56,024 nucleotides of DNA from Candidatus Wildermuthbacteria bacterium RIFOXYD1_FULL_50_12 (GTDB taxonomy: Bacteria; Patescibacteriota; Minisyncoccia; Minisyncoccales; UBA10102): the NCBI GenBank assembly GCA_001825035.1, contig MHUO01000006.1, positions 19,444 through 75,467 on the forward strand. Reading direction: 5' to 3'. Shown in pieces: positions 37,397 through 46,560 of this stretch. Numbering within the stretch: the first letter of the stretch is position 1; every line of letters begins with the position of its first letter. The notes beneath the pieces were generated by a model that was not told the origin of the DNA, did no database searches, and worked only from the letters and a program-made list of their open reading frames with translations. A program made the position numbers and the translations under genes.

Positions 37397-37837
37397 TTAC
37401 CACTTTTTGCAGCAGGCAAGGAGGCGACCAAATATCTCTCCTGCTTTTTTGTTTGCGCGGGAGAGAAACAGCGCGCCGAATGCCAGCCAGAGCGCGAGAA
37501 GAAACAGAAAGGGATAGAGAAACTCGGACGCGCCGGCAACAAGGAGATATGCCCCGAAGGTAGCTGAAAGAAGAAACGGAAGCCGGAACGCAAGAAAACG
37601 TTCCGGAACCCTCTTTTCCAGCAGGTAGTACCCGCCCACAACGCTCTGCCCCATAAGCAAGGCGATGAGCAAGGACTCCTTAAACGCCCCCAGCCAATAC
37701 AGCACCAGCAAGCCCAACCATGTTACGCTCACGCTCGCGCAGATAACGCAGAAATCCTTCCTAATCAACCCCTTTAGGACCAGCAGGGATGCGAACAAAC
37801 TTACGATTGCAGCGAACGCGATAAAGAGAGAATTCAT
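37397..37837 (-). CDS. Membrane protein with CxxC and C-terminal CC
   Basis: FCVICAS...ACCKKW. Confidence 0.7.
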   Translation of the reverse strand: MNSLFIAFAAIVSLFASLLVLKGLIRKDFCVICASVSVTWLGLLVLYWLGAFKESLLIALLMGQSVVGGYYLLEKRVPERFLAFRLPFLLSATFGAYLLVAGASEFLYPFLFLLALWLAFGALFLSRANKKAGEIFGRLLACCKKW

Positions 37838-38361
37838 AAGGCAAGTTCCGCGACAAGGGAAGCCACGAGAAGCAGAAAAAACGTAATCGCGAGGCCTTGA
37901 TAAGGCATTGCCTTCCCTCTGCGGAGAGCAGTAACTCTTTTGCTTACCTCAGGGGAAACAAGCACGATGAAAGCTCCCGCAATGCTTCCCAGCAGGAAAA
38001 GATTGAGCAAATAGACGTTGTGCAGCAGCGTTCCGTACTCACCCGCAAAGGCAACGTACCAAGAGGTATACTCCTGGAACAACGGAAGAAGCGGAATGAT
38101 CGTGGAGGCGAATATTCCTCCTGCGATAATCTGCGTTTGCAGAGGAATAAAGCTCCTCCGGATATTCCTCGCAAGCCACCAGCCCATAGAAAGAGCGGCG
38201 GCTCCCAAGAAAATGCCGATGACGATTGAGCTCACTCCCAGCCATGCGGCAATCCCTCCTGCCGCCGCGGCTCCCGCGGTGCACAAAGGGCAGTGCGCCG
38301 CTGCCCCCGCGGGAGCTACCATAAAACCCAACGCAAGCATCGCAACAATAACATTTTTCAT
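37834..38361 (-). CDS. Membrane protein with AHCPLC motif
   Basis: Signal-like N-terminus then HCPLC; ATGA overlap with the next gene. Confidence 0.7.
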   Translation of the reverse strand: MKNVIVAMLALGFMVAPAGAAAHCPLCTAGAAAAGGIAAWLGVSSIVIGIFLGAAALSMGWWLARNIRRSFIPLQTQIIAGGIFASTIIPLLPLFQEYTSWYVAFAGEYGTLLHNVYLLNLFLLGSIAGAFIVLVSPEVSKRVTALRRGKAMPYQGLAITFFLLLVASLVAELAL

Positions 38362-38365
38362 GGTG

Positions 38366-38833
38366 CTACATCTCCATAAAGACGCTGTACGATCCGTCTT
38401 TCTCTAGGGCGTACACGGTCCAAGTTTCAATTTTGTTCCCCCCCATGCCCGGGCTTCCCTGCGGCATGCCAGGGAGCGCAATTCCCTTAATATTGGGACG
38501 TTACTTGAGCAGTTTTGCAATCGCTTCAACTGGCATATGGCCTTCCACGACGTAGCCCTCAACAAGTGTTGTGTGACAACTTCTCAAGTCCTGCGGAATT
38601 CCATATTCCGCTTTCACGGCAGATATATCGAGGACCCTCTCGCGCTCTACCTGAAATCCTGAGCGCTCAAGATACGCAGCATGGTTCCCGCAGCAGCCGC
38701 ACGTGGGATCGTACAGAACAGTCGCCTGCGCATCTTGAACGAGAGCGGGCTTTGAGCTACCGGTAGTAAAAACATACACTCCCGCAACCACGACCAAGAG
38801 AACAATGCCCCCAGTAATAATGTTTCGTTTCAT
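38366..38833 (-). pseudogene. DUF411 (CopG-like) metal-binding protein interrupted by in-frame TAA at 38501-38503
   Basis: PTCGCC, SCHT, VEGHMP, then LLK*RPNIKGIALPGMPQGSPGMGG...MEM* continuing in the same frame. Confidence 0.8.
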
Positions 38834-38934
38834 ATAATTATGTTATGGATATACCAAGAACGCCTCCAAAGAGAAGCGCGAGAAGAGCGCAAGAACAAAG
38901 CCGCTGACCGAGCGGTAATCTCCCTGCACTCTTT

Positions 38935-39351
38935 TCACAAAGGAGGACTGTGCCGCTTCAGAGAGAACCAATGCAAAAGCCATCTTGCGCCAGAACATTG
39001 CTGGCTCCGACATCGCTGAACGGCAACCAGGGAGGGAGCAAATGCGAAACCTGCAGACGAGGCAATTACGAACACCGCAAGCACCAAAAACGCAGAAGCA
39101 ACCTTTATCGTTATGGTTGCTGCCAAGAGGAATTTTAAGCTTCCCATGTGAAAAGCGATAAAGGCGGCGAGATCTTGGAGAGCCGGACAGGGAACTCCAA
39201 ACGAAAGAAAGGCAACACAAACATTCTCACCCGTGGATTCTGCGTGGGAGGGTTCTGCTCCGGTTACTTTCGTAAATCCAAAAAGTGCCAAAAATACGAA
39301 CCCAATGACGATAAATGTTACGAATACCCGTTTGACCATTGCAGTTTTCAT
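38935..39351 (-). CDS. Hypothetical membrane protein ending in HSPPL
   Basis: N-terminal TM, Cys pair, overlaps the doxX stop (ATGA). Confidence 0.6.
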   Translation of the reverse strand: MKTAMVKRVFVTFIVIGFVFLALFGFTKVTGAEPSHAESTGENVCVAFLSFGVPCPALQDLAAFIAFHMGSLKFLLAATITIKVASAFLVLAVFVIASSAGFAFAPSLVAVQRCRSQQCSGARWLLHWFSLKRHSPPL

Positions 39352-39791
39352 GCGAGCCGGGGGAATTTTTTGCCAAGGCCGAATATCTTCCCTGCGTCGC
39401 TGGCGGCCAGCAGCAGCAACGCGAGAGCGTAGATGATGTGCTCGTCTACGATGTAGCTGTGTTCTCCAACGTTGGGGAATTCAAGTATAGGAAGATAGTA
39501 TAAAACCATCATCAGGGCTCCCAAAATTCCCGCCCATCTCACAAACACCCCAAGCAGCAATGCGGCTCCCAGAAGCGTAAGCCCCCACTCGTTTAAGAAA
39601 TTGGTAATGGGAAGCATCTCTGGCGTCGCCAGCCATTGGTAGAAACCGGAAAATGTCTTTGCGTTCTGCAGATAGCCGCCAGCCGACCATGCAGGATTAA
39701 GCACTTTTGTGATGCCCGCGTAAAACAGCAGCCACCCTATCGAGATACGCAGGAGAAACAACAGAAAATCTTTTTTAAGCACTTTTATCAT
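39348..39791 (-). CDS. DoxX-family membrane protein
   Basis: LLRISIGW...AGITK...WSAGGYL...LLLG...GLG. Confidence 0.85.
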   Translation of the reverse strand: MIKVLKKDFLLFLLRISIGWLLFYAGITKVLNPAWSAGGYLQNAKTFSGFYQWLATPEMLPITNFLNEWGLTLLGAALLLGVFVRWAGILGALMMVLYYLPILEFPNVGEHSYIVDEHIIYALALLLLAASDAGKIFGLGKKFPRLA

Positions 39792-39831
39792 ATAAGCGTT
39801 ATCTGATGAATTTATTATTATACCCCCTTAA

Positions 39832-40302
39832 TCAATACAACACAAGCATAAGAAAAACAATGCCCCACCAGCCAAAGAAAGAAATGGCAGCCGCAATTCC
39901 AGCTATTTTCGTGAACTTCCGCATTCGTTCCGTGCGTTGGTACCATTCTGAAGCTAACGCTTTAAACTTTGGGGTAACCCACATATTAAGAAATATTCCG
40001 TTGAGAAACACCACAAACACCAATCCCATTTTGAGCTGAAAGACAAAGACGCTCTCCAACCTCCACCTGGGAAGAAAAAGAAGGAGGCCGCTTCCGGAGA
40101 GCATCATAAACCCTATCCATACTTGCAGAGAAAGCAGCGGAGCCACGCGCGCAACGAGAGGAGCGGCTTTTGGATGAAACTTAAGCCACGCGAGAAGAAT
40201 ATCGATTGCCGTTACAGCACCCACTGCCACAATTGCACCTGCTATATGAAAAAACCGAATCCACCGGTCGTAAGCAAAGAGGAAAGAGAAATCGGATTCC
40301 AT
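39832..40302 (-). CDS. Four-TM membrane protein
   Basis: FHIAG, SGSGL, FQLKM..V...LNG pattern. Confidence 0.7.
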   Translation of the reverse strand: MESDFSFLFAYDRWIRFFHIAGAIVAVGAVTAIDILLAWLKFHPKAAPLVARVAPLLSLQVWIGFMMLSGSGLLLFLPRWRLESVFVFQLKMGLVFVVFLNGIFLNMWVTPKFKALASEWYQRTERMRKFTKIAGIAAAISFFGWWGIVFLMLVLY

Positions 40303-40305
40303 ACA

Positions 40306-40416
40306 TCAGGCATCGTTATCTTTCCGGGACAGGAATTCCTGCGAAATGGTATGGGCTGCAAAGGCGGCAGCTCCCAAAAATATGAGAATCGCGAATATAA
40401 TAATAAGCCCGTACAT
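40306..40416 (-). CDS. 36-aa single-TM microprotein
   Basis: MYGLIIIFAILIFLGAAAFAAHTISQEFLSRKDNDA* fills the gap between co-oriented genes. Confidence 0.5.
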   Translation of the reverse strand: MYGLIIIFAILIFLGAAAFAAHTISQEFLSRKDNDA

Positions 40417-40425
40417 CGCTTGCGT

Positions 40426-40740
40426 CTACAATGCTTCTGTTTGCGGCTTTACGGCCCGTCGTCGAGATTTTCGCTTGGGAAGAAACGCGCCAATAACTCC
40501 GCTAATGAGATCTTTGAAGTCAATCACCCGCCTGCCCTCTTTTTTCACGAAACGGCGCAGGTCTTCTGCGTCCGCAAGAATGCGATCTGCCTCTTCCCGG
40601 AGGCATCTGCTCACGTGGCGCACATCCCGGAGAATCAGAATAAATTGAAAAAGCGCCGCCACAAGCGCCACGGTAATAATCACCACCGCGACAGAAGTAA
40701 TGAAAAAGAAAATATCTTCCCGGACAAGCGTATCTATCAT
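40426..40740 (-). CDS. Hypothetical single-TM coiled-coil protein
   Basis: DIFFFITSVAVV TM followed by a charged helix. Confidence 0.7.
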   Translation of the reverse strand: MIDTLVREDIFFFITSVAVVIITVALVAALFQFILILRDVRHVSRCLREEADRILADAEDLRRFVKKEGRRVIDFKDLISGVIGAFLPKRKSRRRAVKPQTEAL

Positions 40741-40776
40741 ACTATAATATGCTCAGTATACATCAGGAAGAACGCG

Positions 40777-41664
40777 TTAATCAAATATATACAAAAGATA
40801 CTGGTTGATTGCTTCTTGCCCCAGATCGTAAAAATGCTTGCCTTGCTCATGGAGAAACGCGGCAAGCCGCACCCCCACGAACCGCCAGTGCCACGGCTCA
40901 AAGATATAGTAGGGATTGCCTTCGGGATACGAAAGCACGAATCCGTACTGGTAGGCGTTTTGCGAGAGCCACTCGTAAGCCCTCGTATCTTCAAACCCCA
41001 AAAACACGGCTCCTATTTCCGGCGTCGTAAAATCAGCTGTTGTGCCGAGCTGGTGTTCTGAGTACCCCTGCTCAGCGGAAAATTGGTTCGCTCCCCTGCC
41101 GAATACGACATTATATTGCGAGTTTACTCGTGACTGCTCGTATGCGGAGCGATACGCGCTCACGATCTTTAAATCCACGTTGGCGGAAGCCGCCGTGTTT
41201 ATCATATTCTCCAAATGCGGCTGCACGTCCGCGTGAATAAGCTGCTGGTCGTTTGAGTTATAGAGATATCTCTCCTGAATGGGCGCAAGGTTAGAAGGCA
41301 CGTAGTTCTCGCTCAAAAAATACGTGCGCGAATACTTTTGCAAAAGTTCCCGATCCGTACCTTGCAACTGCTGGAGTATACCAACAACGCCGGTGATTTC
41401 TTCAATCTGCCGGCTGAACGCGTCCATTTTCGCTTGCTCTGAATAGAATGCATCCAAGAGCACGCTATTCTCCTGCTTTGCTGAGGCCAGCTGCTGCTCC
41501 AGCTCTTCAACGCGGCTTTCCGACTCTGCTAATTTCAGGCGGGTTTGCTCAAATTCCGTGCGCACCACCACATAATAATACGCGCCAAACGCAAGTAAGA
41601 GGAGCACTGAAATTGCCGCGATGCCGTTTGAAAGATTTTTCACTTCTTCTCGCGTAAACGCCAT
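40777..41664 (-). CDS. M15B D-Ala-D-Ala carboxypeptidase (VanY-like)
   Basis: SAYRS, SEHQLGTTAD, EPWHWRF. Confidence 0.92.
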   Translation of the reverse strand: MAFTREEVKNLSNGIAAISVLLLLAFGAYYYVVVRTEFEQTRLKLAESESRVEELEQQLASAKQENSVLLDAFYSEQAKMDAFSRQIEEITGVVGILQQLQGTDRELLQKYSRTYFLSENYVPSNLAPIQERYLYNSNDQQLIHADVQPHLENMINTAASANVDLKIVSAYRSAYEQSRVNSQYNVVFGRGANQFSAEQGYSEHQLGTTADFTTPEIGAVFLGFEDTRAYEWLSQNAYQYGFVLSYPEGNPYYIFEPWHWRFVGVRLAAFLHEQGKHFYDLGQEAINQYLLYIFD

Positions 41665-41714
41665 AGGCATAGTGTATCACACCTGCCGACTTCCTGCCAA
41701 AAGGGACGAGAAGG

Positions 41715-42188
41715 CTAAGAATTCAACTGCCAGATTGCGAGATTAAGATACGCGGCAAATCCCGCCCAAAGGATATACGGCACCAGCAAGTACGCGGCCG
41801 CCCTGCTCACGTTCCAAAATTGCCACACGGTCGCCAAAATCGCAAGAAACAGTGCGGCAATTCCCACAAGCCCAAGCAACGGTTCTCTCAGGCCAAAAAA
41901 TAGGTACGACCACAAAACGTTCAGTGTCAACTGAAAGAAAAACACACCGAGCGTCGCGCATTGGCATTCTTCTTTCGTCCGCTTTCTCCACACAAGATAC
42001 AGAGAAATGCCCATCAAGGTATAGAGCACAAACCACACCGGACCAAACACCCAACCGGGCGGAGTCAAAGCGGACTTGGCAAGCTGTTCATACCATCCGG
42101 GGATAGCGGGCGCCGTAAAAACGGAGCCGATAAGCCCCGCGCTCTGGCACACTCCAATCGCAAAAACAAGTTTCAGAATTTCCTTCAT
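41715..42188 (-). CDS. tspO: TspO/MBR tryptophan-rich sensory protein
   Basis: WYEQL.K...PP.WVFGPVW..LY, LNVLWS, PY..W..FA.YLN. Confidence 0.92.
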   Translation of the reverse strand: MKEILKLVFAIGVCQSAGLIGSVFTAPAIPGWYEQLAKSALTPPGWVFGPVWFVLYTLMGISLYLVWRKRTKEECQCATLGVFFFQLTLNVLWSYLFFGLREPLLGLVGIAALFLAILATVWQFWNVSRAAAYLLVPYILWAGFAAYLNLAIWQLNS

Positions 42189-42296
42189 TGCCGTATTGTA
42201 CCACTTTTCGATTCTGGCCAGCACAAAGCCCCGCGGACCTCGCAGAACCAAGCCATGCTTGATCGCGAGGTAACGCGGGGCGGGCTAACAAAGTCG

Positions 42297-43451
42297 CTAT
42301 GGTATCGAAGCGGTGGAAAGGATTTTTTGTATCGTGGCCGAGGACACTGCAAAGCCAAGTCCTTCGGCCGTCTTCCAAGATGCAATGCCAGCAACCTTCC
42401 CATCGAGAGTGAGGACCGGTCCCCCTGAGTTCCCGCTGTTAATTGGGGCGTCGAGTTGCAGCAAGTTTGTGCAACGGCGACAGAAAGCCCAAGGATCCAA
42501 GCTTAAATTGTTGCGGCTTAACCCGCTGATAATTCCTTTGGATATGCTTCGCTCATAACCAAGCGGGTGGCCGATGACCAAAATATCTTGACCCCTGCGG
42601 AGATCTGACGGCTCCGCAAGGAGTAACGGTTCTGCCTCGAGTGGCCGCTCAAGCCATACGAGAGCGAAATCCTGGTCTTGATTTTCCAGAACAACCTTCC
42701 CTCTGACGACTTGACCCTCTAACGTTCTAACCGAGACGTCGCCCGCGGCGGCGTGGTAAACAGTAATGATATACCGACGCTCCGCGCCGTAGAGGAAGCC
42801 AGCTCCCATAGTTCCTGCGCCAAAGACCGTAACGACACTCGGCACAGTTTTAGCATAGAGATCACTCGCCCCCTCAAGGATCTGCTGGGTTAGCGCGCCG
42901 AGCCGTCGATTGGTCTCGCCGAGATTCTCCTGCGTCCGCTGCATCTCGCCGCGAACCTCCCGAAGATTCTCGGCATTCTCCTCCCCGAACCCATCCATGC
43001 GCTTGGCGAGCACGGACATTCTACGCTCCAAGTTATCATCGCGCTGATTACTATTCCGTGCCATCTGCTCCAGTCCCGCATCTTGCGAAGCAACCGCTCT
43101 CTGCAAGTCCAGAGCTAAGAGAGCCAAATCTGCCTTGGGCTTTTGGTTCTCCTGCTCGAGATGCAGGTTTTCTTTGCGGAGTTCCAGAATCTCTCCGCGG
43201 AGAACGTTCTCCGCGTTCGTGAGTCGCGTCTCGGTTTGGCGCCACAGCGCCGCCGTCGCGCGGTCTTGTCCCTCGTCTCTCGAAACCACGGTGTCCGAGA
43301 GTGAGGAAAGCTCCTGACGAAGCTCCAAGTTCTGCTGACGGAGTTCCTGGAACTTGTCGCGGAGCGTCAGTCCCGCTCTGCTCACCACTCCGAGAATGAG
43401 AACTACCACCACAACCAGAGCCACCAAGACCGCCTTCCTTTGAAAGAACAT
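42297..43451 (-). CDS. Membrane-anchored coiled-coil trypsin-like (S1C/HtrA-type, no PDZ) serine protease
   Basis: ITVYH, DFAL, DAPINSGNSGGP; AGGAGG SD before MFFQRK. Confidence 0.88.
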   Translation of the reverse strand: MFFQRKAVLVALVVVVVLILGVVSRAGLTLRDKFQELRQQNLELRQELSSLSDTVVSRDEGQDRATAALWRQTETRLTNAENVLRGEILELRKENLHLEQENQKPKADLALLALDLQRAVASQDAGLEQMARNSNQRDDNLERRMSVLAKRMDGFGEENAENLREVRGEMQRTQENLGETNRRLGALTQQILEGASDLYAKTVPSVVTVFGAGTMGAGFLYGAERRYIITVYHAAAGDVSVRTLEGQVVRGKVVLENQDQDFALVWLERPLEAEPLLLAEPSDLRRGQDILVIGHPLGYERSISKGIISGLSRNNLSLDPWAFCRRCTNLLQLDAPINSGNSGGPVLTLDGKVAGIASWKTAEGLGFAVSSATIQKILSTASIP

Positions 43452-43551
43452 CTGACCCCTCCTCTTAAGAGATCGCACCTGCCTTGTACAACAAAAAAGC
43501 CCCTCTGTCAACGAGAAAAGAGTATACGCGCAAACTGGCGCGCTTCTCCCC

Positions 43552-44280
43552 TCACGGACGCACGACCATGCGCGAGATGAGTTCAAACGCTTCTTGCGCG
43601 TTGTCCACCAAGTGGTAAATCTCCAAATCCTGCTTGCCCACCGCTCCCCGTCTGGTATAGAGTTCGTGTTCAATCCACAAGAGCAAAGGAGTCCAGTATT
43701 CTCTGTCCACGAGAATAATGGGAATGGGCTTTATCTTTTTTGTCTGCACAAGCGTGACAAGTTCAAACATTTCGTCCAGCGTGCCAAATCCCCCCGGGAA
43801 AAAAATATACACGTCCGAGGCAAAGGCGAGCATCACTTTGCGAATAAAAAAGTAGTACAGAGCGACCGATTCTTTCACGTACGGATTCGTCTGCTGTTCG
43901 CGGGGCAATTGAATATTTATGGCCGCCGACCTCCCACCCGCCTCCACGGCTCCCTTGTTTGCCGCCTCCATAATGCCCGGCCCCCCGCCCGTAATAACGG
44001 CAAATCCGTCTTTGGCGAGCAGAGAGGCAAGCAGAACCGCTTCTTTATACATCCGGTCGCTCGGCTTTGCGCGGGAACTCCCGAACACGCTGACGGCCAA
44101 ACCAAAATCGCGCAGAAAATGAAACCCGCGCTGGAACTCTTCTACGATCTTTTGCATGCGTTCATGCTCAATGCCTTCCGGCACTGCCTCCAGCGCCTCT
44201 TCAATGCGCGGACCCGTAAAGCAAATCTGATTTGATTTACGCTTGAGCTGCGGTTTCTTTTTTTGGTTTTGGCTTGACAT
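43552..44280 (-). CDS. LOG family protein (TIGR00730-like)
   Basis: VSVFGS, TGGGPGIMEA, RK, PGGFGTLDE. Confidence 0.92.
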   Translation of the reverse strand: MSSQNQKKKPQLKRKSNQICFTGPRIEEALEAVPEGIEHERMQKIVEEFQRGFHFLRDFGLAVSVFGSSRAKPSDRMYKEAVLLASLLAKDGFAVITGGGPGIMEAANKGAVEAGGRSAAINIQLPREQQTNPYVKESVALYYFFIRKVMLAFASDVYIFFPGGFGTLDEMFELVTLVQTKKIKPIPIILVDREYWTPLLLWIEHELYTRRGAVGKQDLEIYHLVDNAQEAFELISRMVVRP

Positions 44281-45426
44281 AGATTTCTTTTACCGTTTCT
44301 GCCGCGGCCCCCAATCCAAAAAGCATGGCTCCAAACGACACAAGCCATCCTACCACAGGAATAAGAATGAGCAAAGAATAGACAGCGAGGCCGAGCACGA
44401 ATGCCAGCCCCTGCCTCTCTTCTCTATTCTTACGGACAGAGAACCGGTCCAACAAAAATTGCCCGAGAAAGAGCATCACAAAGATCCTCGAAGTGTACAG
44501 CAGAAGCGAAGACACGAACAACAGCAAAAAGCCGAGCGGAATGCCCACAATGGTAATAATCAAAATGCCAAACAGCAGAGGAATAAACAGTAAAGCAGTG
44601 ATCCCCGTGGTAAGCGAGCGCCATTTGGCAGCTTGAAGTGTGTGAACCGTGGCCCGCGAAAAGCCGGGGAAAAACCGAATGAGCAGAAAGCCGAGCAAAA
44701 GCGTGGTGAAAAAGCTTGAAAGGCCGAGAACCGGTTTCACCCAGCGCGTTGCGGGCTCTATGATTTTGCCAACTCTGCCCGTAAGTTGCTGGGGCGATTT
44801 TCGCTCCTGCACACCGAGCACCACAGCTCCTTCATCAATCTGCGCCTCTTTGTTGCTCCAATAGGTAAAATCGCCTTCAATGCGCGCTCTCCCAGTGAGG
44901 CCGATATTCTCTACCGCGGCCTCCACGTCGCCCGCTACGACGTTTGCGAGCGTGAAGTTTCTTCCAGCGACGCGCACCTCTTTGCCAACGGGCGAGGAAA
45001 GAAACACATTCGCTCCTCCAATAACCACCCCGCCCTGCACCCGCGCCTCATCCGTGAACGTTACATTCACACCAGCTATCGTGGCGTTCCGCCCAATGGT
45101 GCCAGACACTACCACTTCTCCTCCGGCCGCGCGCACGTTTTGCGTAACTTCTCCTGCAATATGCACAACGCCGCCGAGCGCGAGCAGATCGCCCTCCACG
45201 CGGCCGTCAATGAAAACCTGTCCACCAACCGCGTACACATCGCCCAGCACAGTGCCGGAAATTCTTACCACTTCGGCTACGGCGCCGTAATCCTGATCCA
45301 CCACCTCGCCTTCCGCCACTATCTTCCAGCCCCGCTCTCTCCTTGCGCCCCAATCCAGTCCGGCGCGAAAAACACAAAAAATCCCGCCGCCGCGCTCACC
45401 AGCACAAAAACAGCGACAAACTTCAT
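44237..45426 (-). pseudogene. Bactofilin-like beta-helix membrane protein, apparently frameshifted after its signal peptide
   Basis: G-x-V-x-G-D repeats plus C-terminal TMs (ORF 44237..45319); the upstream ATG 45426 encodes a signal peptide in another frame that stops at 45319-45321. Confidence 0.6.
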
Positions 45427-45576
45427 AGAATAGGACTATGTATTTAAGATTTTGGGGTGAGGTGCTCTGCGCGCTTTGCCAAATGCTGGTTGCGCACCAC
45501 TTTGCGAGCGATAAAAGAAGAGGGCGTGCGATACGCCGGCCTTCCCTTTTTATTCCCCACCTTCGCGTAATTTTTC

Positions 45577-45695
45577 ATCCCGTACGAAGCAGATCGCGAT
45601 CAGCGCGATTCTGCGAGTTATTGTTGTTTATCATCGCCTGATTATCTATTGGATACTACTATCCCCCAAGAAGCGATCGCGGCTTCGTACGGGAT
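45577..45695. repeat. 119-bp intergenic element with perfect 14-bp terminal inverted repeats (MITE/REP-like)
   Basis: ATCCCGTACGAAGC (45577-45590) / GCTTCGTACGGGAT (45682-45695); inner GATCGC/GCGATC pair. Confidence 0.7.
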
Positions 45696-45704
45696 TCATA
45701 CCGC

Positions 45705-46493
45705 CTACCTAATTTCGTAAGTGAGCGTTACGGAGATCTTCACGTCTTGGGAGCCGGGTTCTATAGTTGGAACGGGCGCCGGGGCAGGAGTGGTTCCACC
45801 CAAACCCAAATCGGCCCGTTCGTATACCGGATAATAGGGATAAGACTCGCCTTCCTGCAGAGAAATAAGACGGCCGAGTCGGAAACCACCCGCCCTTGCC
45901 ATCGCCCTCGCCTTTTCCTGCGCCTTCTGAATGGCTTGGCTGCGGGCTTCCTGCTGCACCGCTTCAGGATCGTCAACGGTAAAGAAGAGCTGAGACACCG
46001 AATTTGCTCCCTGTTCCACGACACCCGACAAGAGCGCGCCGACTTTGGAAAAGTCGCGCGCTTTCACCTGCACGGTTTGCCGAATCGCGTACCCAACGAT
46101 TTCGGAGGGCGGACACGCGACCGCCTCTCCTCCGAGGGACCGAGGGCAGGAAAACGACTGATAGCGCGGCTCAAGCGAAAATTGTTGGGTCTTTATATCC
46201 TTGTCTTCCACGCCCTGCTTCTTGAGGAAAGCGATGGCGCTGTTTACTTTTTCCACGTTTTGCGTTTGCAAGGTCGCGATATTCATGCCGCCCTGCGTAA
46301 TCACGCTAAAACTAAACTGGGCGATATCCGGAATCGCCACTGCCTCTCCTTCCGCAGAAACCGAAAATGTTCGGTAAGCTCCCGGCCCCACCGATTTTGA
46401 ATATGCAGATACATATACCAATGTGGCGTAGGCGAAGAACGCAACGCCCACAATCACGGCCACTCCGATGAGATCTTTGAAACGACTGTTCAT
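45705..46493 (-). CDS. SIMPL (DUF541) domain protein
   Basis: VSAEGE...PDIA, DIKT, AR..AI..A..KA, IEPG. Confidence 0.9.
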   Translation of the reverse strand: MNSRFKDLIGVAVIVGVAFFAYATLVYVSAYSKSVGPGAYRTFSVSAEGEAVAIPDIAQFSFSVITQGGMNIATLQTQNVEKVNSAIAFLKKQGVEDKDIKTQQFSLEPRYQSFSCPRSLGGEAVACPPSEIVGYAIRQTVQVKARDFSKVGALLSGVVEQGANSVSQLFFTVDDPEAVQQEARSQAIQKAQEKARAMARAGGFRLGRLISLQEGESYPYYPVYERADLGLGGTTPAPAPVPTIEPGSQDVKISVTLTYEIR

Positions 46494-46560
46494 AGAATGA
46501 ATACATTATGTTTATTATGCACTTTCATTATAACTGAAGAGCGGCCGTTGAGCAAAATTC

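Noticed and set aside
38501-38503. Alternative genetic code or stop recoding
   Set aside because: TAA, TAG and TGA all end clear genes in this window; only one interrupted case is seen
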